From Lingula anatina (Eukaryota > Animalia > Brachiopoda): a stretch of DNA of 64,000 nt. The translations under genes were made by a program, and so were the position numbers. How positions within the stretch are numbered: position 1 is the stretch's first letter; every line of letters starts with the position of its first letter. Below are positions 15,241 to 29,600 of the stretch, piece after piece. The DNA lies in assembly GCA_051362555.1 (NCBI GenBank), contig CM120642.1, positions 23,064,001-23,128,000 of the forward strand, given 5' to 3'. The notes under the pieces are model-generated. The model did not search any database. It was not told the DNA's origin and saw nothing but the letters and a program-made list of their open reading frames with translations.

Positions 15241-18200
15241 CACGTCAATTCTATCTTCCTTGATAAATCTAGTAGGTTCATGTACTCTTGAAAAAAAACT
15301 TACAGCCTGGTGGTGGACCTCCAAATTTCCACCGAGGTGGTCACTCCAGACAATGTCTGATAGGGCAACAGCAGTCACAAAGAGCAAAATTTGCGGCACA
15401 CTGCCCCAAGTATCTTAGTTGGATCTTAATTCTTGGCTCATGCTCTATGTGTTAGTCAATTAACTTATCACGTTTTGGCCAAATCACTCTTTTGCCAAAA
15501 TCAATAGCAACTTTACAAAATTAAATGAAAAAAAAAAAAAAGAAAATAAGAAGAAAATCATGGGCAAAACATGGCAAATCTGTATTGTTGTGAAATCTCA
15601 ATTGATTATACACTAAGAGGCAAGACTCTAGGCTATCTTGTGTGATGTCCATTAATCCACTTCCATTCAAAGTTGGAAATTTGTGAGTAAAGTAGAAACT
15701 GAACTAGAGCTGCCCATGTGAATTTCCCTAGATAATTCCAGACAGCATATACCAAAGGTTTACTTATTGCTCAGTATTGATCTTAAAAGCCAAGACAGTT
15801 AAGTTCAGCCTAAGAGCTGTTTTAACTCTTTTTTTCTAGCTTTCCTTTTAGTTTGGATGTCACACTATATTAGCATAAAGCAAAGTAGCAGCTTCTTTTC
15901 TGGTGGTGAATTGCCAAGCTGTTATATATATCAATTGCCACGTGACTAGAAATGAATGGCACCATGACTTTTGAATTCTTAAATGATATAGATTATTTTC
16001 AGTCTGGAAAGTTGGTTTTAACTCTTCACTAAGGGCACACAGAGCTACTGAAACATCACAGCTGTAAAAACTGAGACAATAACACTGCTAATCATCACAC
16101 AATTGAACACCAATTACTTGTGAATGTTTTTACATGTTGAGAAAGACAACACTCTCTGGTCCTAGCTGAAGATGATATTTGCGGTAGGTAGTCTCTTACT
16201 AAATAATCTAACAAGATTAACCCAGCTCTTCAGTTCTGGATAGTCTACAGGCTCATTCCCAATGAAATTATTGGTCTACCTAGATCGATCCAACTCTGTG
16301 GGGACCCTCGCTGAATGCAATCAGCTTAACATGCCTTCTCCTGGCATTGAGTAGAATAAAATTAAAGGTGGTGATTATACAAGTATGTTGGAAACAAGGA
16401 AGTATATTCATCTTAAAATGTGAGGGAAGAATATTTATCAAAATCATGAATTTGAGACTAAACAGCAACTTAATTTGAATCTGAATGTAACATCCAACAC
16501 AAAGATGTATTAGCAGAAAACCATCCAGGTAAAAAATGCCTTTTTTTTTTGTATAATGAAAATTATGCCATTGTGTCTTCAACACGAATTGACAGTAAAA
16601 CATGCCTTTTTTTGTATTGATGAAAAATATGCTGTTGTGTCTTCAACACTAGTTGACAGTCAGTGATGAGGTCAATAACTAGATAAAATAACAAGAAGCC
16701 ATTGTTTTAACAATTAAAACTGTTTTTTCAGGTTGGATGAATTAGATCCACCTACCACCAACGCAAAGTCAGAGACAATTTTGGAACTGACAGGACTATT
16801 TGTTCTCATATATCAATATATGGCAGCGGAAATAATAATCCTATGATTGTGACTGATTGCCGCAGCACAGTTGGCGAGTCGGAAACTACACTGAATCAAC
16901 ATTACAGGCCAATTAAAAGTAACCCAATCCTACTCCTGCTCTGTTTTTACCCTTGTTTGTGGTGGAGAATACTTCCTGTATGCTTTGTTTACACTGCAGA
17001 TACTGCTTCAATTGTTCACCACTTTTTATGTAATTTTATGGAGAAAGGGCTTTTGGAAACTTCATGAAAAAATAAATAAAATGCTTAAAGATTTTCTGTG
17101 ACATTGTCCAAAAAGCCAGGATTTAACACCACTACTCTTACTATTCTTATTTTCTGGCATGTACTTGCAAAGCTTCTGTATGTTTCTGAAGGTTTTTATC
17201 CCCATCTTTTTTTTTCACACATTGATAATACTTTATAATTTATCGTTCATTAACCACTATTGAGTCCAAAAGATTATTTCATACACTTTTTTTGCTTCAA
17301 AATATATTTTTGTAATCAATAAGAAATTGATATTGTGTGTTCTGATGCGGTCAAAAAGCAAGATGTATAATTAAAGAATATTGATATGTATTCAAAGGGT
17401 TTCCATTTACACAGAAAATCCTGTGAATAATTCAGTACAAACTTGATTGAGAATTATTATACAGTGCTCTCCACATCCACTCTAGATAGTCTCTGTCTAT
17501 ATGCTCAGAAAATACAGAAAGTGGAAATGAATTGAAATTCAGGACACTTGAATTCTCTAGACAATATCACTTATTTGTAATAACAGCTCAGGCTGCATTC
17601 ATCACTGAATCATCTTAGACTTACTGGGATAACAAAATATCATCAGCCAGCTAGATTCAAGTGAGATTCAAAATTCATTTTAGAATATCTGGGCCTTGTT
17701 TTGAACACTGATAAAGTTATGTCAGTTAGCTAGGGATAAAGCAAAGACTTTTTTATGTTACAAATTTCACCAAAAACAAGAACTTTAAGCAAATTAAGCG
17801 CAGAAAGGGTTTAAACATGCACAGAGACCCCATCACTTCTGTTCATCTATGTACAAAACTTACTACTACTCGACTTATTCTGCACTATTTTCGAGACACA
17901 GGAGTACTAAAATGATTTTAATAACTGGACTGCAATCTGTGGAAGAAGTGGGTACAATGTCTCAAGTACTTAGTGACCTAAGGAGGTCAGTAGCCATGAT
18001 GGTGGTGGAGGGATATAAAACATTTCACAAGAGAATGCTAAACTTCTAAACTAGCCTTATCCATATCACATCTAGTGTGAACAGAGAATTCTATCTTATT
18101 GACTGTATTGATTAGGTTACAGAACCTATTTAGCTCAGTCACTCTTTCCTTTAATGGTTTACAAAGCAGAGAAACTACATATCGATTGCTTAACATGGGT

Positions 18201-19165
18201 TTACCCGTAGCTTACATCATGGCATAGTTCACAACACAAAAAATATTGTTTCATTATTTTCTCTTTTTTATTTTGATTATTTTCTCCTTTTTTATATTTC
18301 CACAACTTCTAACCCTTATTCAGGTTGATATTACACTGTTTCAGTGTTCAGTCAGTGAGTACAAAAATGTGTAGACTTAGTTTTGAGGACTCTGAACCCA
18401 AACACATCAAAAACACCATCATCTGGGAAATGTTAACAATCACAACAGTCATTACAAAATATATGATACGGTAAAGTTCATATCAATCCAGCATAAAAAA
18501 ACAAACCTCAATTCACTGTGTAACATATAAAACTAATTGCCTTCATTCCACTCAATAAAACTGCTACCTTGTATTATGGGCTCATTTATTACATGTGTGC
18601 TTCTAGTCAAGTTTTCGATTTCATCTACAAAAATGACTTTCAAATTGTCAAAGTGTCGCATACTAATTTACACCAACAATATGATATCATTCAATTCACA
18701 TGACAGTTTTCTCTTTCCATTTGACATGAGTGTGTACTTAATGAGCAACAACAAGCATATCCCAAAACCCACGTCCTCTAGACAATCATCAGAACAAGGC
18801 AGTCAAAATATTGTCGATTGCATTCCTTGCCGTAACAAAGCCTGTAATTTCTCCCACATTACGGCTAATCAGATGAACTCCAGTCTATCAGGGAGTATCT
18901 TATTTGATTCCTTAATGGCTACAAATTCATCCAGATCAATACCTTTCAAAAACTGAATTCCATGTCTCACTGAATTTTTCCCCACTATAAAACTAACTCA
19001 AGCTGCGCTCACATTCAGACAATTTGGGAATGGTAATTGGGCCTAAAATGGGCAATCAAGGACAAGATTGCTAATGTACGCTGCTGTCTTTGGTTGTGTC
19101 GCCAGTAAAATTGGGTTGCTATTACTTAGTGCATCCCATAGCAACTCATGGCAGAGTGTGTGTGT

Positions 19166-19196
<31 letters not shown>

Positions 19197-19681
19197 GAGG
19201 CAGGTTAATATCAGAAAGATATCTACTGTTGGTGAGTGAAGTATAATCAAAAGGACCAAATGATTGCCCATACCTAAATTAAACAGAAATGCCTCTTACA
19301 AAATCTAGTTGTCTGATGATCTTAACTAGTATAGATCAAGGCAAATAGAGGTACAGAGCCTCACTATCCAATCAGGTGAATTATCAGATGGTTTGGTTAT
19401 TCAACCTAAAAGAAACTGGCCATAAATTATCTAGACACAAGGGAGGCAGGTGATAGTGTCTACATCCTTTATCACCTTAGTTGTTATATCTCAGATTTGG
19501 AATTAATGGCCTCTTGTCGATTTCCTTTATAAAACTGTACATAACTCTATAAATATTAAATGGCTGAATGAGCTGAAGAATTTTCTGATGCTATTTCCTG
19601 TGTTGTTGTTTCAGTATCATCACTCATAAAATAATTTTTATGAGAATTGTAGAGAACATTACAACTCTCCAAGAAAGAAAT

Positions 19682-19714
<33 letters not shown>

Positions 19715-22700
19715 TGCAATTATTATTATTCGCACATGTAAGTAAAACTGTGAAGTGCCAAATTCTGGTGCACAAAACTTCAACTCCAAAACCCAACAAG
19801 GCTACGGAGCTTCTTTCTAACTACAGGGGTGAAGTTAATGAGGTAGTTATGAGCTGAAGGCTGAATTTCGATATTCCTGTCAGACTTACTTGAGTTGGAC
19901 AATCATTAAAATAATGACTGTAATATTTATTTGATTACATTTCAATCAGGGAACTATTTCTCAGGGCAACCTGCCTCTAAAATCTTCTTTGATGTAGTGC
20001 ATGACTAGAAGCAGGTACATAGCTTAGATCAAGAGTTTCCATATCAGCTGACCTTTTCTGACCTTTTCATTCAAGTCTCTGGGGTGTCTTAAAGTTTTTT
20101 TTAGTTTCAGCAAATTACACTGGAAGTGAGATCTGCCTCTATCTGTCAGTTTTAGCTAATGTTCACAATCCTTGTACAACTGCATTTTGATGCCAAATTT
20201 GATAAAGAGAAACAATTGATATCCCAGAAAATGTGGTTTATATTCTCACATAGCAATAGGTATTGCAATTATTGATGAAAAAACATCAAAAGATTGAAAA
20301 GTGAATGTGTGTTATCTTTTTTACCACTATCACTATTTAATGATGATATTAATTATTACATTTTGTGTACTAGTTTTTTAAAATCATATTCAAAATAAGA
20401 TAAATAATTATGAGGAAAAAACGTAGTAAATGTTAATAAAATTTTAACTGAACATTCAACAAGTTTGCAGAGATGTAATAGAAGTAATAGGAGGGCCTGG
20501 TACATTGGAAGGTAGTGTTAGGAAACAAAAATTAAATTTATGAATGATAAATAAAAAATGTTGATACTACCTCAAAAATTTTGTCATTTTGTTGGGAATT
20601 ACTGTGTACTGTGTAGAAACAGAAATCCTATCGTGTACACTTTTAAAATGTGTATGATCAACACCAAATACACTTTATGAGAATTTGTAAAAATTGCAGT
20701 TTTTAACCTGTTTTAGTGGGCATCAAAAGAAGGAGAGTTTCTGACTTTCTGCATGGACAGTTGTGTACTAGCGTGTGCCTTTCGTCTTTCAACACCCTTC
20801 CCCCTTCTTCTGCCACCAACACCCACTTACACCCCATTTCCACAGATTTTTAGATTGATCTATCCCTATGGGGAGTCTCACTAGATTACTGTCAGCTTGG
20901 CCGGCTTAAGCGTCTGTCCCGCCTACTAAAAGCTGTAAGGGGGTAATTAACTATGGTGCCCGCTCGGCTGACTGCAATTTAGCTTGAACCCCCAGGGAGT
21001 TAGGTCGATCTAAATCTTAATCTTTAGATCGATCTAAATCTCTGAGAAAGCACCCTTATTCCCAGTTTCAGGTGGCAAAGCATAGTTTACAAACAGTGGA
21101 CAGCCAGTAAGTAGTCACACCCTGCACTACAAAACAAGCCTGCTTCAGAAACCAGGGCACAGCCACTGCCATGGCTTCAAAGTTGATCAGTATTGCAGTA
21201 GTAACTGATTCACGCTTGAACATTCCACAGACCCAGCCCTACGGCCAGCAGACACTTGAATAAACCATTCAGAGCTGTGGATAGTTTTGACACAAAACAA
21301 GCTTCAGTCAATATTCTCTGCTCATAATGGGGCTATAAAAACTGATCTGACAAGAGAAACCAATGGCCTAAAATCAACAGCACTTGGTTATGCATAGTTA
21401 CTAGTGACCAACACGAAGAACAATTCACAGGACTTGGGCTAGGTCAGCTCTTGTTCCACATCTGAGCTTTGCTAGAGAGTGCACTTGAACGCTCCAGTCT
21501 GTACCCGTGTGCCATAAAAATCTGACTTCCCTAAAAGACGACTTCCCAGTCAGATTTTCATTATGAAAATATGACTCCCCCCACAAAACTTCATAAATAT
21601 TAGTATATTTTAGTGTATGACTTTATCTTGCAGTATGCATAACAGAGGATACATTGGCCCTTTTTGTTAGTTAGCAGGTTAGGGTTAGGGTCAGCCCCTC
21701 TGGAAGTCAAGATTTCATGGGGGGAGTCAGATTTTCATGTTATACCAGCACACTTTTAATGACTGACATCATTGATAGCCTGGCTATTACATTAGACAGT
21801 CACCTACCTGGACCCCCTCCCCCCCCCCCCCCAACCCACCTGAAACTGCATTCATTTTCATTGCTCCAAACAGGTGGAAGCAAGCTTGTGAAAGGGAGCA
21901 AAATCCAAGCCACATTAGGACCATTCTTGAGCATTTTGTTTTAGTTAAATGAAAAGAGCCTAACTGTAATTAGCAACCTTAAAGGTGAAGCGATTTTCAC
22001 AAACATCAGTTTTCATCTTAGAGGAACTGAAGAAGAAGACAGATTCAGAACCAGTGTAAAGAGAAAGCCATGTAAATGCACCCCCTCTGGTCAACTTGAT
22101 GAGGAGAAAGGTCAAGCTGGCATGCAGCCATTCAGTGACCTGTCATCCTAGTTGCCCACAAGGAATGTCACCACAATACTGGACTGTGGTCAACTTGTGG
22201 AACCGGTCATACTACAAAGACATTATTTTCTGTTCTGGTTTTGTACTCATATTCAAGAAATTAATTCAGTGTTAACATCCATAGAAGTTCTGTTTGGACA
22301 GCAATGAGGCAACACATTTGATCACCAAAAATGAAAACTATTTGGACTTTTTCTGAAAATGAATCAGCCATGACAAGGATAAAACTATACTAACTGTTGC
22401 TCATGTGCAAACAAAACTTCAATCTACCTAACAAAGGTCAATTTTGATATCAAATATCTGGGGTCAATCACATCACATTTTTGTTGTCTTTAACCAAATA
22501 CTTAAATGTTCAATAATAATAAAATGGGGACAAATCTGAAAAGAAAATCAATCTCTTTTTTGCCAATATTTATTAAAGTAGACATTTGGTCAAATTGTGC
22601 ACCGGTAGGAGAGAATTTGTAAGGACATAACTGATTTTCCTGCCATCCTTACAACGTGCAACAACAACATGCACAGAAGACCCTGTTCTTGCTCTTCCCA

Positions 22701-25700
22701 TCAAGGCGATCAGCTCTAGCTCCTAGCATTCTGTCAGGAAGGCTCGTTGACCAGTAGAACTTCCATTTACTGTACCCAGATAATCACATTGCATATTTGT
22801 TGAACAGAAAATTATGTCTTTCTGTAGCAAATTATGATACATAAATATGGTGTGCTGAATTCACTTTTCTTGCTTATTGCTATAATTTAGAGGCAGATTA
22901 CAATAGTCACTTCACCAGATGATTACTGTTATTTGGAGGAATATCACTCTAGCAATTGCACACATTGGCATAAATGTGCCATTTCACAAATGTGTACTTC
23001 AAATTTCTCATCATGCCATATGCTATTAGTCTGTGAAACAAGTGTTTTTTCATATTAGGAATGTGAAGGAGCACTCAGCTTAGATATAAGAAAACAAATT
23101 TAGACCAATTCTAGGAAGCAAAATATTTGCACCCCCCCCCCCCTTCCCAGTGTACTATGTTATGTTCCCAGAGTTTAGCAGTCAGTGAAAATAATGGTTG
23201 ACTTCATAATGCAATCAAGCTACGTCCTGGGGTCAGTCTTAAAAGAATTGATCAAATACAGTGCTGAACACATCTCATATGATGAGAATGCTCAGAGAAG
23301 TTCAGATTTGAAACAGTCTATACTGGGGCCAAGAAGTGGCGAGCAAGCCACATCATACCAATCTCCATGAAAGATGGTCAGGGACGTGACCTGGGTGGTT
23401 AAGGACTCACTTAAACAATCCCATCCTCAGCAGATTTTAGACCAGTTTCCAGTCCAAGCTAACCTTGGTGTGAACATGGGAAAAGTTTTAGCATGATGGG
23501 ATATCATGCACTTGGCAAAAAACTTGGCAAAATTTTAGTAAAATTACTCATCATGTTTTTTTGCTCTTTAGGTTTTGTTTAACTTCCAATTACTCACCCT
23601 AATTCTCCTCATTGCGGCCACTATCTCCACCCTGCTGCTGGGACGGGGAACGTCCAGGGTTCCTATGTACTGAAATCATACAAGAAGAACACTTACACAT
23701 ACAGTTATAAATGACTATGTACCATGCACAGAAATGAATGAATGAATGAATGAATGAACAAATGCCCATTCTTACCTTTTTTGCCTTCTTTTAGTAGGGG
23801 TGGGATGATAAATTAAAATTAGGATTGTACAAGGGTAATTTCCCCTTTGATTGAGCCAGATTCTGTTTTCTTTTTGTTTTTTCTTTCTTCCTTTTTTTTA
23901 AATTTCAGTCACCCATATGTTACAGTATAATTAAATCAAAAATTGAAAAGTACTTAGCTACAAAGGTCTTAATACAGGATACTCATTGAAGAGACAGTTC
24001 ATTTTTTCAAAAAGTTTCCAACAGAAACATCGTGGTCCTTGAAACAAAATTTTCTGAGGGTACATGTGGATTCACCTGTTTCTCATTAAAATCATTTAAC
24101 AGTGAGTCAGGGCGGAAATTGATCTTTAAGTGGTCCCCTTCTCTTGACAATATTGCCTCCATTATAATTCAATTTTTGTATCCTTAAGGATTTTATTTCT
24201 GTTCGTCATAAATAAAGAAGGTTCTAGTAGCCTATTCCTTTTTACTTTTTATTACTGATATCTTATATCAGGCAGAGTTGTACTGATTTGTCAAAGTTGC
24301 ACGTCCTTGTAAATTCTAATATTTTCATTGTGTTCAAGATCTAGAGCATATTTCATTTGCAACTTTCTCTATTTTCAAGTGTTGACTAGACATTCTGAAG
24401 TTTATTATAGTTATCATGTTCTATGAACTTCTGAAATTACACGCCCACTGCAACCATTTCATATCAATACTGTCAGAAGTGATGAGTTAATTTTCATAAA
24501 TAATAAATCATGTGCAGTTACCTATTTTATTACCCTGTACCTGCTCCAATTGTTACTTAGAGAAACATATACTAACCAGAAAATTCCTCATCAATACCCC
24601 TAAATGCCACTGCAGGGCAGACATCAATAATCACACAAGGCAATTATGACTTAAGGTATAGCCCCTGGGTCTCTCTATTGATGGCCAAGTTTGCATAGAG
24701 ATTTCCACCGATAAAGTGACAATGGGGGTGGGTGAACTAATCACTAGGAACTGATGCGAAAGAAATTTAATGGTTTTTATCTTATTTTGGCTTCTAAATC
24801 AATCTTTTTCTCTGTCCTCAGTGCCTATTTTACAAAATGTATTCTATGTATAGTGCATACTCAAGTTATATTGGAATATTAACCAGAGTTGCTCTTACTT
24901 TTTTTACCACATTGAGGGTTGGGGTGGAGGGGGGCTCAGGGAAGGGGTTAATAATTTACCTTCCTAAAAATTCTTCAAAATAAAATACTCTACTTCTTAA
25001 TTTTAACCACAATCAAATATTGGACTTGAAAGCAAAATTTCATGTTATTTACACTAAACTCACATGTTCTAAATCACTTCCAGACAAATACAGCAATTCC
25101 CTAAAATGACCCCCCCCCCCCCCCCCCCCCCCCCCCGTTCCTGTGGAAGTAACACCCCTTTGTTCCTAGCCCTCAGCAGCCAATCGGTGCAAAAATCAAT
25201 ACCAAGAATGGCCCATTATCACACCATAACCATGACACAAAGTTAACCCACCCCCACCCTCAAATCAATTATCAATCACCTCTGTATGAAATGAGATGAC
25301 CCTATACTGCCAGAGCACTGCAACAATGCATACATACTGTATGGTCTTAGAAATAGATCTAGTAGTAGTTTACAGGGACTCCCAGCAATGAACATGTTCT
25401 CATCATGGCTAAGGTAGGACAAAGTTGTTGTCCTGATTCAGGCCTACCCAACTACCAGACTCAGCACCGAATGATCCTGAATTCACCGGTAGATCAGACC
25501 ACACTACCCGTTTTCAAGGTGTGTGTCAGCTCGCATTACAAAGTATCAGACGCGGCACCACTCTTGCCTAGTACGCGATGTGATAGTGACGATTCTCAGC
25601 GGGGTTGAAAAGAATTGCATCACCACTCAAAATTTGTTCAGGGTATGATACTGTGAAATGCGATTTGACACACACCTTAAAAACGGGTAGTGTGGTCCGA

Positions 25701-26612
25701 TCTACCGGTGAATTTAGGATCATTCGGTGCCGAGTCTGGTAGTTGGGTAGGCCTGTGATTGAAGCTAGACAACAGTACTTACGACTACTTTAAATGAGAT
25801 TTAATGGCTCTCTATGACCGCATTCAGAACAGATGATCTGCAGACTTACTGATCTGCAACCTAAATATGGCCAACCCCACTGAAACGCAAGCCACCTAAT
25901 TCCCTGATGATCTTATCACATCCACGTGCACCATTAGACAGATTAAATCTCTGCTTTGAGGTTTAATTGCTAGGCCCCTACAGGTATGACATGTGTGGAG
26001 GTGGGAGGACCATTCTGTAAGGGGATTAAGTGTTCTGAATGCACTTTATGTTATCTGGTCACCGGTGGAAGTTATACTTCACCGAAATGCCTTTCTGTAG
26101 GCTTTTCTCATGCTCTGGGTGGGTTCTGAACTGATCCCAAGGTGCATGCCTAACTACTGTTCTGAGGCACACCCACCTGGGGTTAATGAATGTTTTCTAT
26201 TGTATGTCATACTCAGACACAAATGATATGTTTAGCATTGCAAATTATTGAACAAATATAGATCTTCATATTTAGCCTATGAAAACTGGCTATATTTAGT
26301 CCCTTAAAAAATGGCATTTTTGTATACCATCGAGGAGTCAAAAGGCATGGCTTCAAAGCTTCACACAATGCTTAGGAAATTATTATTATTATTATTATTT
26401 TGTAAGATTTTAGAATTATCAGAAAATAACTCTTCTACCATATGGATTCAAGTGATGTTATGAAGTTATTTATAAGGCCACCTATTCACAGCCAACAGGA
26501 GCAGTGACAGCACATTTTAGACTATAAAGTATGTATTTACTCTGTCTAGAATCAGACTGATATTTCAGGACATAGATTTATTCATAGCTGAAAAATCCCT
26601 ATCCTTATAAAA

Positions 26613-26647
<35 letters not shown>

Positions 26648-29600
26648 AAGTCAATGAAAAATTGAAGAAACAAGAAATAAGTTTCTCTCTTCACTCCATC
26701 TATTCTATCATGAGTAAATTCTTACCTACACCCTCCCCCTCCCTTTAAGTCTCTACCCATTTTACCTGAAGACCACAAGAGCTTACATTTTTTACAGGTT
26801 TACACAAAACTTTATAAAATCAACTGAACATTTTTTCAGAGCACAAATGTTGTTAATATTCTTTTAGCAAAAATCACATATCTTGGGCAATTGATAAATT
26901 ATAATTTTTAACCCCCCCCTCCCCCCCCCCCAAAAAAAAAAAAAAATCCCTTCCCCAAAGGACCTGATAAAACAGGGGTCACAGGTGTTACTTACACAAC
27001 CTAAGCAATAACACAGCAGCCACCTTAGAGCTGTCTTAACCACAGCTGTTGACTGAGCAAATTAACAATCATAACCTCAAGAAATGTGAGAAATTCAATG
27101 CTGACTGTATGTGGATATGAAAAATGTCAGGTACAGTTGAAGCTGTAACGTGGAAAATGCCGACCAAATCAAAAAGATATATATGTGAATTGGTTGAAGA
27201 ATAGATCAAATTATCAATACATTATAGAAACAATTTTATCACAGAGTTGCTGTGCATAATCAAGTGCTCTCAAAACTATACAATACTCACCATGAGTATA
27301 CCTTTCTTTTATCAACTGGTCAATAATGCATATACATTTTTTTTAATTAAAGAATTAGAGATTCAAAAATATGACTTAAAATTTAATATGAATGGAGAAT
27401 TTATGATACAAAACATCACTTAATTTCTATCTCAGTATCACCTATTGCGTATAAAGAAATTGACATAGAAAAATAGTGAAAGTGAAAGATAAATCTCATG
27501 GTGAAAGGTACACCAAAGCACTAGGATGAGAGCTCTTCTTAAGTGGCCTGCCACTGTGATAACAATAAATCTGAGCCTCCCCTCTTGTTCTAAAAAACAA
27601 TACCTTGACCCAGGAGTCAACTATGGCATATGTCAGTGTCTCATGGAGAATCAATCTTTCATTAATCAGTGACTCAGTATTAACTCCCTACCTCTGGGAG
27701 AGAAATCATTTAATTAACCATTTCTCTAGTCAATTACTTGGTCACCAATAGCACTGCTATAAAGACAAAAATCCATTTATCAAATTATAATAAGAAAATA
27801 AAGTCTGTAATTTCTTGGAAATCGAAAATGATAGACTCTTTTCACATTATATGGTTCAGCTGATGGTCTTTATTTCCAGGAAAGAAGTCTAATGTTTCAG
27901 TGAATGAGCTGTTCTCGTTATTGGCAAGTCTTTACAAACTTCACGTGGAACTTGGTCTATCTTCAGTTCTAGACAAGAAGATGACATTACTGAAACTCAG
28001 CATTCAGAAATAAATGAATACTTTATGTCTTGGAGATTATTGTATGTCCTGCAGTGGGGAGTGTGGTGGTAATACATTGTTAAGGTGACTCAAATATGAC
28101 ATGTTAAAAAATGTTAAAAGGTGTCCAGTGTAAGATTTTCCTCGTGTATAACTAATGAATTTTCCTGGGGTATTTTTTTCCTACTAACCAACCTTTAATC
28201 CTACTTTCCTGTCACTTTCCATAACTATGAAACAATCTGAAAAAGTTTTGAAAAGTTCTTAGCCCACACTTAAATATATTTTTTTTATTCTGTCATCACT
28301 TCCGTCTTCAGATTTTCAGGAGATTCACAATTGTGTAAAGATGGCTGACAGGTGGCAAGGTTCATCAGGAGGTGATACATTATTAATGTGACATCAATTC
28401 AAGGCATTTAAATTTAGCTGTTAAAACGCTATCAAAAAGTATTATTTATTTGTCCTTAGATAATTTGACAAATTTTGGTTCATGTCATATTTAAAAGGGT
28501 TGCTTAAAAGCTCCGATTTGTTCTTTGAATGTAATTAATGTTAAACAGAAGTAAAAATTCAACATCTGATTCAGACATGGTGGTTTAAAATGACCAAAGA
28601 TGGCAATGCACATTAAAAGATAAACATCATGTAAAAAGAAATGTGCTTGAATTCAACAAAGTTCAGAATGAATTCATGAACAAACATGGAGACACTATGT
28701 ATAAAGGGAAAGAGTATTGAAAATGAATCAAATTTCTTAGAGCAATTTCACAAATGATTTCCCCCTGCGGCTTTTATATGTGATAGGAATTTGATCTCTT
28801 TCATTTCTTCTTTTGTTACAGTAATATGCACAGTATCTATGTTAAATCTTCTCTTCTCTCCTTTTCACTTCCAATTCTTTGGTTACTAAAACTTTGAATA
28901 ATATTGATGTAAATGAAGACATGAGAGAATCTCTCTATGAATTTCAAGTGCATTTCTCACGTTTCCCTTTCACAGTGTATTTATCTGCTGGTGTGGATTG
29001 CTCTCACCATACAACAACAGGAGCTCTCAGTGACAAGTGTGCAGCTGTGACCAGAATGACTCATACCACTAGTACTGGCATTATTCTGCGATTAATTTAG
29101 CCATTAAAGAAAGAATAAAAATGTGTAGATAGAACCCCAAAATGTACCAGCTTTACACATAGTTCTGTATTTGGTAATCTTGAATACTAATAGTCTATAA
29201 CAGCACTCAATTTGAACAAAAAACTTTGCTTCAAGTCACAATGCAAGTGGGGTGGCAAAATTATATGTAGAATAGCAGGTCTGTGTGTAAAAAAAGTAAA
29301 CTTTGCTAATGCATGTGTGTGTGTGTGCACCCGCGCATGCAAAATCTTTTTCAAACATGTACATCGATTGTGAAATCTTGCATCAAACAGAATAAAAACC
29401 ACCGCTTCCTGGTAAAAAAAATCCCTCACAACCACAGGTGCCCCGGCACAGCTGTTCGCTCTCCATTTGATCTCTCAGAATATCTCAGGTAACTTCACAT
29501 CCAATTAAGTTCTGCTACAGGTCCTGCACATACTTAAATAACAAGATCAGACAGTGGGCCTTATTAGAAAGGTTTCCATCATCCTCTCATCATCCCAGAA

